DNA of 18,274 nucleotides from Candidatus Eiseniibacteriota bacterium. Lineage in GTDB: Bacteria; ARS69. The position numbers were made by a program, and so were the translations under genes. The stretch is taken from assembly GCA_052390515.1 (NCBI GenBank), contig JBQTGV010000111.1, forward strand, positions 1 through 18,274. The letters are read 5' to 3'. Shown here piece after piece: positions 18,094 to 18,274 of this stretch; position 1 is the stretch's first letter; each line of letters starts with the position of its first letter. A model generated the notes under the pieces. It had not been told where the DNA came from. It was given only the letters and a program-made list of their open reading frames with translations, and did not search any database.

Positions 18094-18274
18094 CGCTCAG
18101 CGTTCATGTGGCCGCGGAGGCCGGACGCCTGCCGCTTGGCCGCGAGCGCGTCGCCGCGCTCGCGCGCCGAGTGCTCAACGAGGAGGGCGTGAAGTCCGCC
18201 ATGCTCTCGATCGCGTTCGTCTCCAACCGCGACATCGCTGCCCTCAACCGGCGGCATCTCGGACACCGCGGCCC
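18090..18274 (+). CDS. ybeY: rRNA maturation RNase YbeY (partial, runs off the window)
   Basis: ATGA overlap with the HD gene. Translates as MTLSVHVAAEAGRLPLGRERVAALARRVLNEEGVKSAMLSIAFVSNRDIAALNRRHLGHRG, matching the LS+.FV....+..LN..(H/Y) motif. Gene order supports the call. Confidence 0.88.
   Translation, partial: MTLSVHVAAEAGRLPLGRERVAALARRVLNEEGVKSAMLSIAFVSNRDIAALNRRHLGHRG

Overview
High-GC bacterial window. The C-terminal FlgD-Ig/sorting-type domain and the look of the phoH/HD/ybeY proteins suggest the FCB group (Gemmatimonadota-, Eisenbacteria- or Latescibacterota-like), but this is inference. The left part is an accessory patchwork: a small secreted Cys-motif protein running off the left edge, a DUF523/TudS-family protein, a Zn-dependent alcohol dehydrogenase divergent from an NmrA-like oxidoreductase, an HTH_17 protein, a TPR protein, a membrane Ser/Thr kinase-TPR coupled to a TauE/SafE transporter, a secreted Asp-box protein, a TetR regulator and chrA. 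The right part is a housekeeping operon: vanZ-like, hisS, aspS, phoH, 7TM-HD (PgpH-like) and partial ybeY. The most notable observation is at the left edge. The 67-aa ORF ends in TGA in the middle of a YHS/TRASH-like CPV...GFC-C-x-x-C motif, and the frame continues as GFC-TGA-T-P-C, which suggests a UGA-recoded selenoprotein. No rRNA, tRNA, CRISPR array or mobile element was recognised.
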